From positions 71,734,001-71,798,000 of the forward strand of contig NC_067402.1 of assembly GCF_016432865.1 (NCBI RefSeq): a DNA stretch of 64,000 bases, read 5' to 3'. The notes beneath the pieces are model-generated. The model was not told where the DNA came from, made no database searches, and saw only the letters and a list, made by a program, of their open reading frames with translations. Within the stretch, counting starts at the first letter, position 1, and each line of letters begins with the position of its first letter. This document shows, in pieces, positions 48,970-60,094 of the stretch. The stretch is from Antechinus flavipes (Eukaryota). The translations under genes were made by a program, and so were the position numbers.

Positions 48970-49640
48970 CAAGCAATGTGTGTTGTAACAGAAAGCACTG
49001 GATTTGGAATTCAGGTGATTAGATTCAAATACTCTCTTTGCTGATTAGTACCTGTGTGGCAAGCCATGGGATCTCTCTGGATCTCGGGTTCCTCCTCTGT
49101 AAAATGAGAAGGTTGGAACAGATGGTCTCCTAGTTCCTTTCCAGCCATGGTTTTATGATCCTATGTCTACATTCAAAACACTACTTGATATTACATAAGA
49201 GTGGAAAGCTTGTAGAATCTCCAGTGGAGAATCAGGGAAAGGGCCACTTTTCAACTAAAAGACCCTCAGTCCTTAGCAAGATTTTCCTAGTCTGAAGGAA
49301 ACATAAACTCTCAATAGGGTGGGGATTTTGATCGACTGTTAAATGACCCAGAGGTGTGGAGGTGGAAATAGTACTGCCTTTAGAGTTAGTGGGACATGGA
49401 TACAAATGCTGTCTCTATCACTATTTTGTGTATGACCTTGAAGAAGCTATTTCCATTAGGCTGTGACCTCCTCAAAAGCAGAAACTGTTTATTGCCTTTT
49501 GTATATCTTTAGTGCTTAGCACTTTGACCAACCCATATTAGATACTTAATAAATACATATTGACTGAATGTCAACTCACTCTGACTCAGTTTCTTCATCT
49601 GTAAAAAGAAAAGATTGAACTAGATTAGTTTCCAAGATCT
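48970..49640 (+). mobile_element. Two MIR copies, the second with a nested L2 tail
   Basis: ctgtaaaatgagaaggttggaacagatgg; gtgcttagcac...cttaataaatac; cagtttcttcatctgtaaaaag. Confidence 0.6.
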
Positions 49641-49689
49641 AATATAGTCCCTAAATCAAACATTTGCCTGTATTTTTTGGGAGGGAGGG

Positions 49690-49812
49690 GGAGAGGCAAT
49701 TGGTGTTAAGTTCCTTGACAAGGGTCACATAACTTGTAAATGTTTTGATAATCTGAGGCTGGATTTGAATTCAGGGATGATGCTCTATCCACTGAGCCAT
49801 TTAGCTATCCTC
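49690..49812 (-). mobile_element. Short marsupial SINE (WSINE1/SINE1-like)
   Basis: aggcaattggtgttaag...gggtcacataact...gaggctggatttgaattcagg...gctctatccactgagccatttagct. Confidence 0.8.
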
Positions 49813-50059
49813 ATATATTTGCCTGTAGACAAAAAAACTTGATGGAAAGAGACAGACAGACACACAGAGACAGTAATATTTAGTAATGATATTCTGGTAG
49901 CCACAGAAAATTTTCCTAACTCCAACTGAAATTCCTCTTGCTGGAGTTTGTCCCTTCATTCATCTTCTGTTACTTGTGAAAACATAAGCCTGCTATTTGT
50001 CTATGTCCCTTCAAATATGGAATTCTTTCAACCACTCTTCCCCACTCCCATGATTTCAT

Positions 50060-50480
50060 TTATCGAGTCTCAAGGGAGAAACAAACTCCTGCTACAGAGA
50101 CGCTCCCACTCCAGTTTGTTTAGTATTTGTATTCTCTGCAGAGCGAATCTACCAGAGCAAATCTTTGGAATTGCCCAGATTCCAATCCTCTCCTCTACCC
50201 ACTGGACAATGCTCTGAGACAGTGTGGGAGGCAACCGGAATTTCAGACAGTGTGAAAGTAGTTCATGTCCGGCCGGTGGCCTCCCGGCAGTGAGCCAGAA
50301 GGAGCTCCAGGAATCAGTGTGAAGGAAAGTATTAAATTGCTCACAAGAAAGTCTCTGGGAGAAACTATTGGACTTGAGTCAGTGATAATCACGGATGAGA
50401 ACAGATGCTTCCGGCCTCCCTCCCAGGGCAGGGAGGAAAGAACAGCCATCCTCTTTACTTTTGCAAGTTGAAAATGAACG
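50060..50480. promoter_or_regulatory. CpG-retaining promoter/enhancer-like element
   Basis: 10 CpG in 50064-50480; TGAGTCA 50375-50381, ATTGG 50367-50371, TGATAA 50383-50388, CCGGAA 50235-50240, CTTCCGG 50408-50414, GTGAAAGT 50252-50259. Confidence 0.5.
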
Positions 50481-50589
50481 AATATGGAGAAAAAGAAGAC
50501 ATAATTAACAACCCACAAGTTATCATACCCTCCAAACATTGTGAGCTTTTTGCTCCAAATTCTGTTAGGTTCACTTTTTCTCCAAGGTT

Positions 50590-51150
50590 TCTTCTTTCTT
50601 TCTATCTCTGTCTGCCTCTCNNNNNNNNNNNNNNNNNNNNNNNNNNNNNNNNNNNNNNNNNNNNNNNNNNNNNNNNNNNNNNNNNNNNNNNNNNNNNNNN
50701 NNNNNNNNNNNNNNNNNNNNNNNNNNNNNNNNNNNNNNNNNNNNNNNNNNNNNNNNNCTCTCTCCATTTCCTTTTTAACTCCTTCCTTCCTTTCCTTCTC
50801 CCTTCCCTCCTTCCTTTTTTCCTTCCCTTCTTCCCTCTCTTGCCTTCTTCCTCCCTTCCCTTCTTCCCTCTTTTCTTCTTTTCTATCCCTTCCTCCACAC
50901 TGCCTTCTTCCCCTTCCCTCCTTCCTTCCTTCACTCCTCCCTTTTTTCTTCCTCCCTTCCTTCTTTCCCTATCTTTCTTCTCTCCTTCCTTTTCTCCATC
51001 CCTCCTTCTCTCCTCCCTTCTCTTCCCCTCCTTCCTTCCTTTCTTCCCTACTTCTCTCCTTTCCTGTCTCTTTCCTTTCATTCCTTTCTCCCTTTCTTCT
51101 TCTCTCTCTCCCTTCCCTTCCTCCCTTCCTTATTTTTCTTCTTCTGTCTT
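50590..51150. repeat. Long polypyrimidine (CT/CCTT) low-complexity tract
   Basis: almost only C/T on + strand; includes gap. Confidence 0.95.
50621..50757. other. Assembly gap (137 N)
   Basis: N run inside a polypyrimidine tract. Confidence 1.
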
Positions 51151-51959
51151 TCTAAAAGACAGAAATGACATGAGAAATGATTGCATTGTTAGATTCCACC
51201 ACAGTTTTTGAATGACATGAAGCATAAGAATCCAAGGATTATTGTTACATTATTTCCACACTATAGGTATTGCTCCCCCATCCCTCTTTCTCTTTAGGTG
51301 CTATTTCCCTGGCAGTATTTCAATAAGACTGTAGTCTTATGATGGGCTTTGAATAATATTTTTGAGAGACTTTATATACTAAAAATACACATGTACATGC
51401 ATGCACATGCATGCACACACACATAAATACACACAAAGAGAAAACCAGAACAGATGTAGTTAATTAATACAAGGCCAGAAGGATAGGTGCTGAATCTTAT
51501 TTAAGGCCTTTTGCAGACTGCTAAATTAAATTAATGGTTTAGTGATAAAAACTGGTCCACAGTTAATCAATTGAGGAGAACTTCAGGGAAGCTGGGCAAG
51601 CAAACCTGCTTAGAAAGGGTTTAGAGAATTCATAGCTGGAGAGCTACAGCTGTTACACATTTGTATAATAAAAGAAGGGATAAGCTAATTTGGGAGCAAA
51701 CTGAGTGCAATAGCACTGTCAACTGGGATCTGGTGTGCTGGCCTAGCTTGGTGTAGAGAGTATTTGCTTTAAGACAAAACAAAACAAACCAAAAAAATCC
51801 TTCCCTTTCCCCTCAAAAATAATTAAATACAGGCTAGCCTTAGAAGATGGAGAGACATCTTAAGCAAAGAATGTATCTATTGATATTTTTACTAATTGTT
51901 TTAATGCTTAATAGTGAGAATTCATGGTGTTTTGTAAAGAGTGCTATCTCTAGAGTTAA

Positions 51960-52100
51960 AGGAAATGTGGTTCAATTCCCAACTTTTACATTTATTACCA
52001 GTGTAACACTGGGAATATTTATATATACTCTCAGTACCTCAGTTTCCTCATTTGCAAGATGAGGGCATTAAATCAGATGACTTTTGAGGCCTGATATGAA
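51960..52100 (+). mobile_element. MIR3 fragment
   Basis: cctcagtttcctcatttgcaagatgaggg. Confidence 0.55.
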
Positions 52101-53383
52101 CTTTGAACTTGAGTTTTATTCTGTTATAGAACTAAGGAATACATCACACTAGGACATTTTTCACCACTTTGCCATTTGTGCTACTATGCCATTGCCCCAT
52201 TTGGGAATACCTGAGCCCTGACTAGTAGTACTTTACCAAATATTCCAATCTTTAATTCTTATAAAAGTGGCAAAGAAAGGCTCTGAAGATCTGTCTCCTT
52301 TGTTTTCTTCATGTTTCTGGAGCATTATTTCTCATACATTTTCACTTACCCAGGAGCTTCTCATTGCATTAAATCAATATCATAGAGGAGTTAGGTATGC
52401 ACAATTCCCAGAATTTCTTTCTGTATTTCTTCTTCTCTGTTGGCTGAGTTTTTCAATATTAGGCCATTCAGAGATGGTTGTCATCCAAAAAGTAGCTGAT
52501 TAATTCAAGCATCCAATGGCTTCTGCACCAAAAAGAGAAGAGTAGCGTTGATTGATATTTTTTGAAGACTCTAAATAATGTAGGATGCTTTCTGGCAAAA
52601 AAAAAAAAAAAAAAAAAAATCTCCGCTTAAAATGAATCCTTCATGTTGTTTTACTCCTGGATAGTAGAATTTTATATGGTATTTTTTGTGCCCTCTTTTT
52701 TTACTGCCCCAGAGTAGTGCAACTACAGATATTTATAAGCCAGTTGAAGAAGGCTAGCAGATTTTAAAACTTTGAAATTTTAAGTTAAAATTCAATGTCT
52801 TAATCTCACGGTCTCTTGAATGATAGAATTCCAGGGAATCCAGTCACATACCTAGCAAGAACATGGCCTAAAGTCAAATATCTTATTAAAAGAAAAAACC
52901 TGGGGTTTACAGTCAGTCAAGAGAGAATTAAAACCCATCTTGGTGTGAAAAGAGCATTCAATTCAGGAGCACCCTGAGGTCTCAAAAAGTTGATAATAAA
53001 GTGGAACACTCGATAATCAATAAGGAATGAATGGTAGAGCCAGTGGGACCAATGTGCCTGGGTCATTTAGTGAAATACATTAATTTAATCTATGAACAGA
53101 TTGGTCAAATAAGTTTTAATTAGTAAACAACCAGACAAATTACTCAATGGCAGTTGTTAATTAGAAAAATTAGGCCTTATCTATACCTTTTCTGTCTAAT
53201 TTTAAATCCCCATTTCCTCTCCCTCTTAAGAGCTCTCTTGTTGCCTTCCAGCTTCCTAGAGACTCTGATTTCAGTGAATCCCTGAGTCTTTTCCTCTGAA
53301 TAAATCACCATGATTAGAACCTATTTCTCACCTTATCTTCATCAATACACATTTGTCCATTTTTTTAATGCCACCAGGTTCTT

Positions 53384-54236
53384 GCTAGACAATAGTCATT
53401 TTGATAAACTAATTCTACTTAGGTACCAATTTAAGATAATATGAACACATGGGTATTTCTCATTTTGTAGAAATGAATGACAAACCGAGAATTTCTTGTG
53501 GAATATTTAACATGGGCCATACACACAAACATATTCGAACATGTGAATATATGCATACATTGAAGGAGAGTGTAAAAACCTGTGATGTCAGCACTGTAGG
53601 TAGTTCAGATTGGCAAACTAGGTTTGAATTCAGGAAGATCTGAGTTGAAATATGACTGATTAGCTTTGTGATCTTAGTCAAGTTACTTAATCTCTCTTTA
53701 ACTCAATTTTCTTTTATGTAAAATTTTATTGTTGTGATGATTAAAATAATAATTATAAAGTACTTAGCACTATGTCTGGTACAAAATAATGTTATTGTCA
53801 TTATTACTATATGTGTGTATAATATTGTAAATGTATACACATATGTATGTGTGCATATGCACATGTATGTCCACACACATGACATATGTGCATATCTTAT
53901 ATGTGTATATAAATGCATAATAAATATGTATACAGCACACACATTTGGATGCTGAGGTAATGGCCTGTGATCTCAGAAGTGTAGGTAGCTTAGAAAGACA
54001 AAGTAGACTTAGATTCAAGAAGACCTAAATTCAAATGCTGCCTCATACACTTAGAGTCTCTTTGTCTTTTGAACCCAAACTCTTTATCTATAAAATAATA
54101 GTATGTAATTGCTAGATAATAGTCATTTTAATAAACTAATTTTATCTAGGCACCAATTTCAGATATTATAATCCTATGGATCTTTTTCATTTTGTAGAAA
54201 ATAGTGGCAAACAATGAATTTCTTGTAGAAGAATTT
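53384..54236 (+). repeat. Diverged direct repeat pair (53384-53508, 54111-54236) around two MIR pieces and an RY tract
   Basis: gctagac/taatagtcattttg/aataaactaatt...cattttgtagaaa...gaatttcttgt in both. Confidence 0.75.
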
Positions 54237-54867
54237 AGCAAAATGTCTTATTGGCTTGTAAAAATTAATGAAAGTAACTTTTAAAGAACTTTTTAAGTTT
54301 TAAAACATTTCATAAATTCCAATGATCTGCTGTTGTGACTGCTTGGGACAATGACAGCCTAAATGTTTTTCTTAGCATCAACTAAGCCAGGATACATTAG
54401 AAATAGGACTTGAGGTTTTTGTTATTCTTTATTCACTACCCATCCATAGTGTATATAATTTATATACTTATAAATTAAATAAAGAAAAAACAATGTGTAA
54501 TTTTTTCTTTAAAAAGACTTATAAATCATGATTTATTTAAAAATGCAAAGGAATTATAAAGTTCATTCTTCTAAGTCATATTTAGAGTTCTTTACAACCT
54601 GGCCCCAATCTATCTTGCCAACATTATTCCACATTACTTATTTTCACATCCCCTATGGCTCAGTCAAACTAGCTTTCTTGCATTCTTCCTATGTGATACT
54701 GCTGCTCATATCTTGATGTCCTTTCACTGTCTTTCTTTCATGGTTTCAATCTACTACTTTTGCATTTATGCTTTATAGAAGCCTGAGTTCCAAAAGTTCT
54801 CAGGTCAGGTACCACTTGTGAAACAATAGTTTTGTGTTCTTTGTTATTGTGCTTTCCCTCCCAAAAG

Positions 54868-54985
54868 ATCTTGCATCATATATATATTATGTAATATATA
54901 TCATATGCATGCTACATATACATATAATCTTGCATCATATATGTGTTATATAATATATATCATATGCATGTTACATATACATATA
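54868..54985. repeat. 59-bp tandem duplication within RY-rich tract
   Basis: atcttgcatcatat...tcatatgcatg(c/t)tacatatacatata x2. Confidence 0.9.
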
Positions 54986-55899
54986 TTGTATATATGCAAA
55001 TGCATACAATGCAATATATAGTAATGTATATAAAAACACATACAAGTGTATATGTCTATTAGATAATATATGTGTATGTACGCAAAATACATATGCAATA
55101 CATATTTAATGGGTATATATATACATACATACATGCACACACATGAGCATGTAAGATGTGTATGGGTGTGTGTGTGTGTGTATATATATATATATTTACC
55201 TCAGCTCTTAGGACAGTTCCTGATCACACAGTAAAAGCTTTTTGATTAATGAGTTGATTGATAAGCTGTCCTTCATCCTTCCCAGTCACTCTGTGGTTTT
55301 AGACAGATCACAAGCTAAAGCAAATTGAACATATTGACCAATCAAAAGACTCAAGATTAAGGGTGAAAAAGTTTCTTAAAAGCCATTAGATGAAGCAAAA
55401 TTAGACTACATAGAAATTGAGGTTGATAAACTAAGTTGTTCCCCCAAGAATCATCCATAAATTATCAAGGAACCATGGGGTAGACAGAGGTTTATTATAC
55501 CAAATTTAAGTTTCAAAGGAAATTTCCACTAATGAAAAAAAAAGTTCATAACAAAAAGTTATATTATTCCTTTGTCACCTGTTTGCACACACTTTCTCCT
55601 GAAGTCTGTATTTCCTTGAGGTTAGTATGACATGGATGTATGGGACAGGATATATTATACCAACTACTCCTATATTGCCATGTTAGTAAATATTACTTCT
55701 AAAATTTACAAAAGATGAACTGACTAAACTGATTTTAATAGATAGTACTGGATAGAAGCATATAAATGGGAGCAGAAGGGAAAGATGTAACATAGTTTTC
55801 TCACTGCCTTTTACCAATACTGCTAAAATACTTATGGGAAGAAAAAACCAGCTTAAGTTTGGACATTATTTAGAATACCTCAGAGTTCACATGGGTATT

Positions 55900-56145
55900 T
55901 GTGTTGTTCACTTGTGTCTAGGTCTCAGTGATCCCATTTGGGTTTTTTTTGGCAGAGATACTGAAGTAGTTTGCCATTTCCTTCTTCAGCTATTTTTATA
56001 GATGAGGACATTGGAAGTAAACAGGGTTAAGTGATTTGTCCAGAGTTACACAGCTAGTAAGTGAGAAGTCAGATTTGAACTCAGGAAGATGAGCCTTCTT
56101 GACTAATTTCTGGCACACAACACAATCAACCTAGCTGGCCTATTG
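55900..56145 (-). mobile_element. MAR1-type SINE
   Basis: ttggcagagatactgaagtagtttgccatttccttcttcagc...cagatttgaactcaggaagatgag. Confidence 0.85.
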
Positions 56146-56149
56146 GTTA

Positions 56150-56720
56150 TTCTAAGATAAAGGGGTAGCTGACTTCTCTCTTTGCTAAGGCTCAGTTCTC
56201 TAGTTGCACTGGTCTGTAGCAGTTTACCCTCTTGAAGACATTTTCTTGATTCCTCTCATATTCCTCTTATGCCACTTAATGTTCCAACTCTGTTACTCTG
56301 CTACTTATAAAAATGTTCATGTAACTCCTATCTTCAAAAAATTTAAAATAAAACAAAATTACCTTCTCAAGATATCTTCTCAAGGTATTTTCCCATATCT
56401 CTTCTTTTCAGGGTCCAACTCTAGAATGAGTTATCTTTACACGTTGATTCTATTTCCTTACTTCTCTCTGATTTCTCTACTTTTTGCTACTTGGATTCTT
56501 AACCTATCACTTGACTTCCAAGTAATAAAGTGTCATAATTGCTTAATCTAATGGCCTTTCTTAATCTTTTTTTCCCTTTTCATCCTTTTGCAACTTTTAC
56601 CACAATCAATCACTCTCTGATGTTGGATAAGCTTCCTCTTTTGTCTTCCCATGGTACTGCTCTGTCTTGATTCCTTTATATCTTTGATCTTTAATTCTTA
56701 ATCTCCTTTAATCTATTTCT
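56150..56720 (+). mobile_element. L2 ORF2 fragment
   Basis: ccaagtaataaagtgtcataattgcttaatctaatggcc...caatcactctct...tactgctctgtcttgattcc. Confidence 0.6.
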
Positions 56721-57099
56721 GCTCAATAATATAAGGAATCCAAAATACAATATATTATTTAGATAAATATAGTATAGCATGATATAATATCATGTGTTGT
56801 CACATCAATTTGCATTCTATTATATGGTATAGTATAATATGATATGATATATCATGTTTACATACACATATAGGTATATACATATATATTAGTATGTATT
56901 TATGTATGCACACAGATATAATTTTAAAAATTGGCCTGTATGTGCATTTCAGTTGTTGTTCATCCTTCATTCTCATATGTATATCCATTATCTAGATGAT
57001 GAATGTCAAGGCAAAATTCATCCCTTATTAAGTATCTACTTTATTTAATGATCAGAGTATATTACATGTTGTATTTCCAAAACAGAAAATGACAGCTAT

Positions 57100-57520
57100 A
57101 AGTTTAAAAAATTTACCTCTTCATGGAGCAGGATATGGTGTGCACAACAAAGAATACTAAAGTAGAATGTGACAAGCCAAAGGACAGGCCCAAAGGGTCA
57201 CAAGAGAAACTGATCCTTGAAAGACTGTTTTCCTCTGAGAGTATCCAGAGGAAGTTTAATGCTGGAGTTGAAGCAAAGCTAGAGCTTGAGGGAGAAGAAG
57301 TATTTCAACAGGAAATTTTAAGGAAGAAGTGCACTCTAGGGATGGGGGCAGAATGATGTGTGTGAACGTCCAAAGGCAGAAGAATAAAGAAAGGACTTTG
57401 GAATGAGGAAAACAAGGCTACTGCCAGCCCCCAAAGGGCTTTAAATGCCAGTTTCCATTTTATTTTAAAGTCTGTAGGGAGCCTTTGGAAATTTTTGAGA
57501 AGAGTTAATTGATAAAATTA
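57100..57520 (-). mobile_element. L2 3' fragment
   Basis: gagcttgagggagaagaag...gcactctagggatgggg...gggagcctttggaaatttttgag. Confidence 0.55.
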
Positions 57521-57638
57521 ATTTTTGGCCTATCCTATACTTGAGTAGTTTAAAAAAAAAAAACTCCTAGTAACATATTTAGCTCACAATAGATGCTAAG
57601 TAAATATTACTTCAATGAAAGACTACTTAGGGAAGAGC

Positions 57639-57820
57639 AGTGGTCTGGAGTTCTTCAGTGAGATGTTAAAAAATTATTTTGATAACTATATTTCAATGAA
57701 ATTTACTTTCTTTATAATCTTATGTAGTTTACATTATGCCTTTTAAAATTTTATTATGAGAATGTGTCCAGAGGTTTCACTAGTCATGACATAGAAAAGA
57801 ATAAAAATCTCTGATTTAGG
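57639..57820 (+). mobile_element. Non-autonomous hAT-Charlie DNA transposon (Charlie4z/OposCharlie-like)
   Basis: cagtggtc...attttgataactatatttcaat...gtccagaggtttcactag...catgacatagaaaagaataaaaatctctg. Confidence 0.6.
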
Positions 57821-57995
57821 CAGTGGTAAACTTGGAAGATGTTTAGATGCTACTTTATGGAAAGGGAAAAGTCCTATCTCAGGAAAATAGAAAAAAAAAA
57901 TATTTAAGCCAGTTTCTGTTTTATTTGTTTCTTAATTAAATATTAATTTTTGATTTGTTATTTCACCTCAATGGCAAATAGCATATTCTAAGTCT

Positions 57996-58246
57996 ATTTA
58001 GCAGCTCAATAGAGCATAGGGCTTGAAATTAGGAAAAGTCATCATCTGGAGTTCAAATCTGGCTTCAGACACACATTAATTGTGTGAGCATGGACAAGTC
58101 ATAAAATCCTGTTTGTCTCAGTTTCTTCATCTGTACAATGAATTGGAGAAGGAAATGACAAATCACTGCAGTGCAGTATCTTTTCCAGGAAAAACTCCAA
58201 ATATAGTCATGAAAAATATTACATGATTCAGAATGACTCAATAACA
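57996..58246 (+). mobile_element. MAR1-type SINE
   Basis: ggagttcaaatctggcttcagacac...ggagaaggaaatgacaaatcactgcag...ggaaaactccaaat. Confidence 0.85.
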
Positions 58247-59424
58247 AGAACTTGTCTACTTGTTGACTTTACTTATTTTCTTTGGGTTTCTTCATAACGT
58301 ACTATTCAGATGCTAGGTCCCGAACATTTTCACTGTTTCTACCTGCTAATTCTTTCTTATTGGTATTTCTCTGACATGGGTTCAAGTCAAATAGCTTGGG
58401 AATTTTAAATTAATTTTAATTAATTTAATACAAATTAATTAAAATTAAAAAAATAGAACTTAGATTGGCTCAAAGGAAAAATGAAATCCAATATATATGA
58501 CAAAACTGTCATCTTATTTATACTGGAATTTATTTGTAGAATACCAAATAAAATAGTCATGAAGCTTCAAGGGAACTTCCTACATGATCTAAAAGTGCCT
58601 AAGTTTCATGATTACTGGATGGAAAATATAACTCAGTCCAAAATTTTATTGACCACACATCTGTAATCCCCAGATTTGGCCAAACTTGATTTACAGTTAC
58701 ATTTAACTGTTTAGAGGCAAAAATTAGCTGATGAATTACTACTTTCCAAGCACCCGTCAGCAGAGAGAGAAGAAAATATGTACAATACATTAGCCCAAAC
58801 AGTTTCCTGTGTAGAAATTGCTATTTCTAGTGCTCTTGGACCACTTCCAAAAGTCTGAGAAAGACACCCAAGTAAGATTACTAAAATGAGTAGTGCAGCA
58901 CCAGGGACTAATGCTAACCTTCTGTAAGTCAGGTAGCCCTGATTCTTAACTTAGATGCTAAACACATCTGCAGACTGACTTGGACAGTGTCAGATAAGCA
59001 AAATGAAAACTATCAAAACAATTTACATGTGAGTCAGTTACTGACCACACTCTAACAGCTGGAGCAATGGGCAACTGAACTCTAATGGAGTCATTTGTCT
59101 CCCCAAAGTAATTGCTTGTCTTAAATCACTCACATTTAGCCACTGAATGGGATATAACATGAACAGATGGAACAGCAGGCTTAACAAAGTGCCAGTGGTA
59201 TAAAACCCTAGTTTATCTTTCAGGAAGAAAATGAGTTTGGACAATAGTCAATCACCTTTTAGAGCTATACACAATGATTTATAAAAGTTAAGTGATTATA
59301 CAGAGAAGTTACTGTCTATTCATCTTCCTGCCTATGAAAGTTTCTTTTTATCCCTTTGGTGAAACAAAGGAATGAATCTGAGAAATATTAGTATAGAAAA
59401 AATACTTGCTAGCAAAGGTTATAC

Positions 59425-60070
59425 AGAAAGTCTGTCAATGAGTATTTATTAAGCACTTACTATGTGTCAGACACTATGCTAAGCCCTGGGAACACAAAAA
59501 AAGGCTAAAGAAAGTCTCTGCCCTATTGTAATCCTTTAACTTAGGTGGAACCTAGTAAATATAGAATTAGAAAATATTTGTGCCAAAGAAGAGAATACTA
59601 GAAGAAATTTAGAGGCTGTTAGGGGATACATGCTATTGTTAGAGTATTGGACCTGTAGCTCAAACATAGCCTCAAACACTAACTGTGTGACCTCAGGCAA
59701 ATCACATAACCACAGTTTGCCTTAGTTTCCTCATCTGTAAAAGAAAGTGTCACTTTTTCCTCAAGTTGTTGTAAGGATAGAGATGATGAAGTATAAAATA
59801 CATTTTAAAAATATATACATGTGTGTATATAAAGTCTTTAATCTTAAGGGACTCACAATCTAAGGAGAGAAATAACAAGTAAATCGATATTTACTAAGAC
59901 ACTATATTAAAAAAAATGAACCATAAATAATTAATAGAGGGAAGGCACAAGAATTAAGAAGGTCTGGAAAAGACTTTCTATAGAAGAGATTTTAGTTGGA
60001 ACTTTGAAGGAAGTTGAAGAAGCAAAAAGACAGAGGTAAAGAGGTAAAGCATTCTAGTCATGGGGAAGAG
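59425..60070 (-). mobile_element. L2 3' end split by a MIR (~59630-59800, +)
   Basis: tcaatgagtatttattaagcacttactatgtgtcagacactatgctaagc; resumes gggactcacaatctaagg. Confidence 0.7.
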
Positions 60071-60094
60071 CCAGAAAAAAAGAAATTTCTCTAA

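Noticed and set aside
50405-51211. 268-aa, 204-aa, 174-aa and 159-aa ORFs
   Set aside because: Translate N gap and CT-rich low-complexity tract; stop-free by composition.
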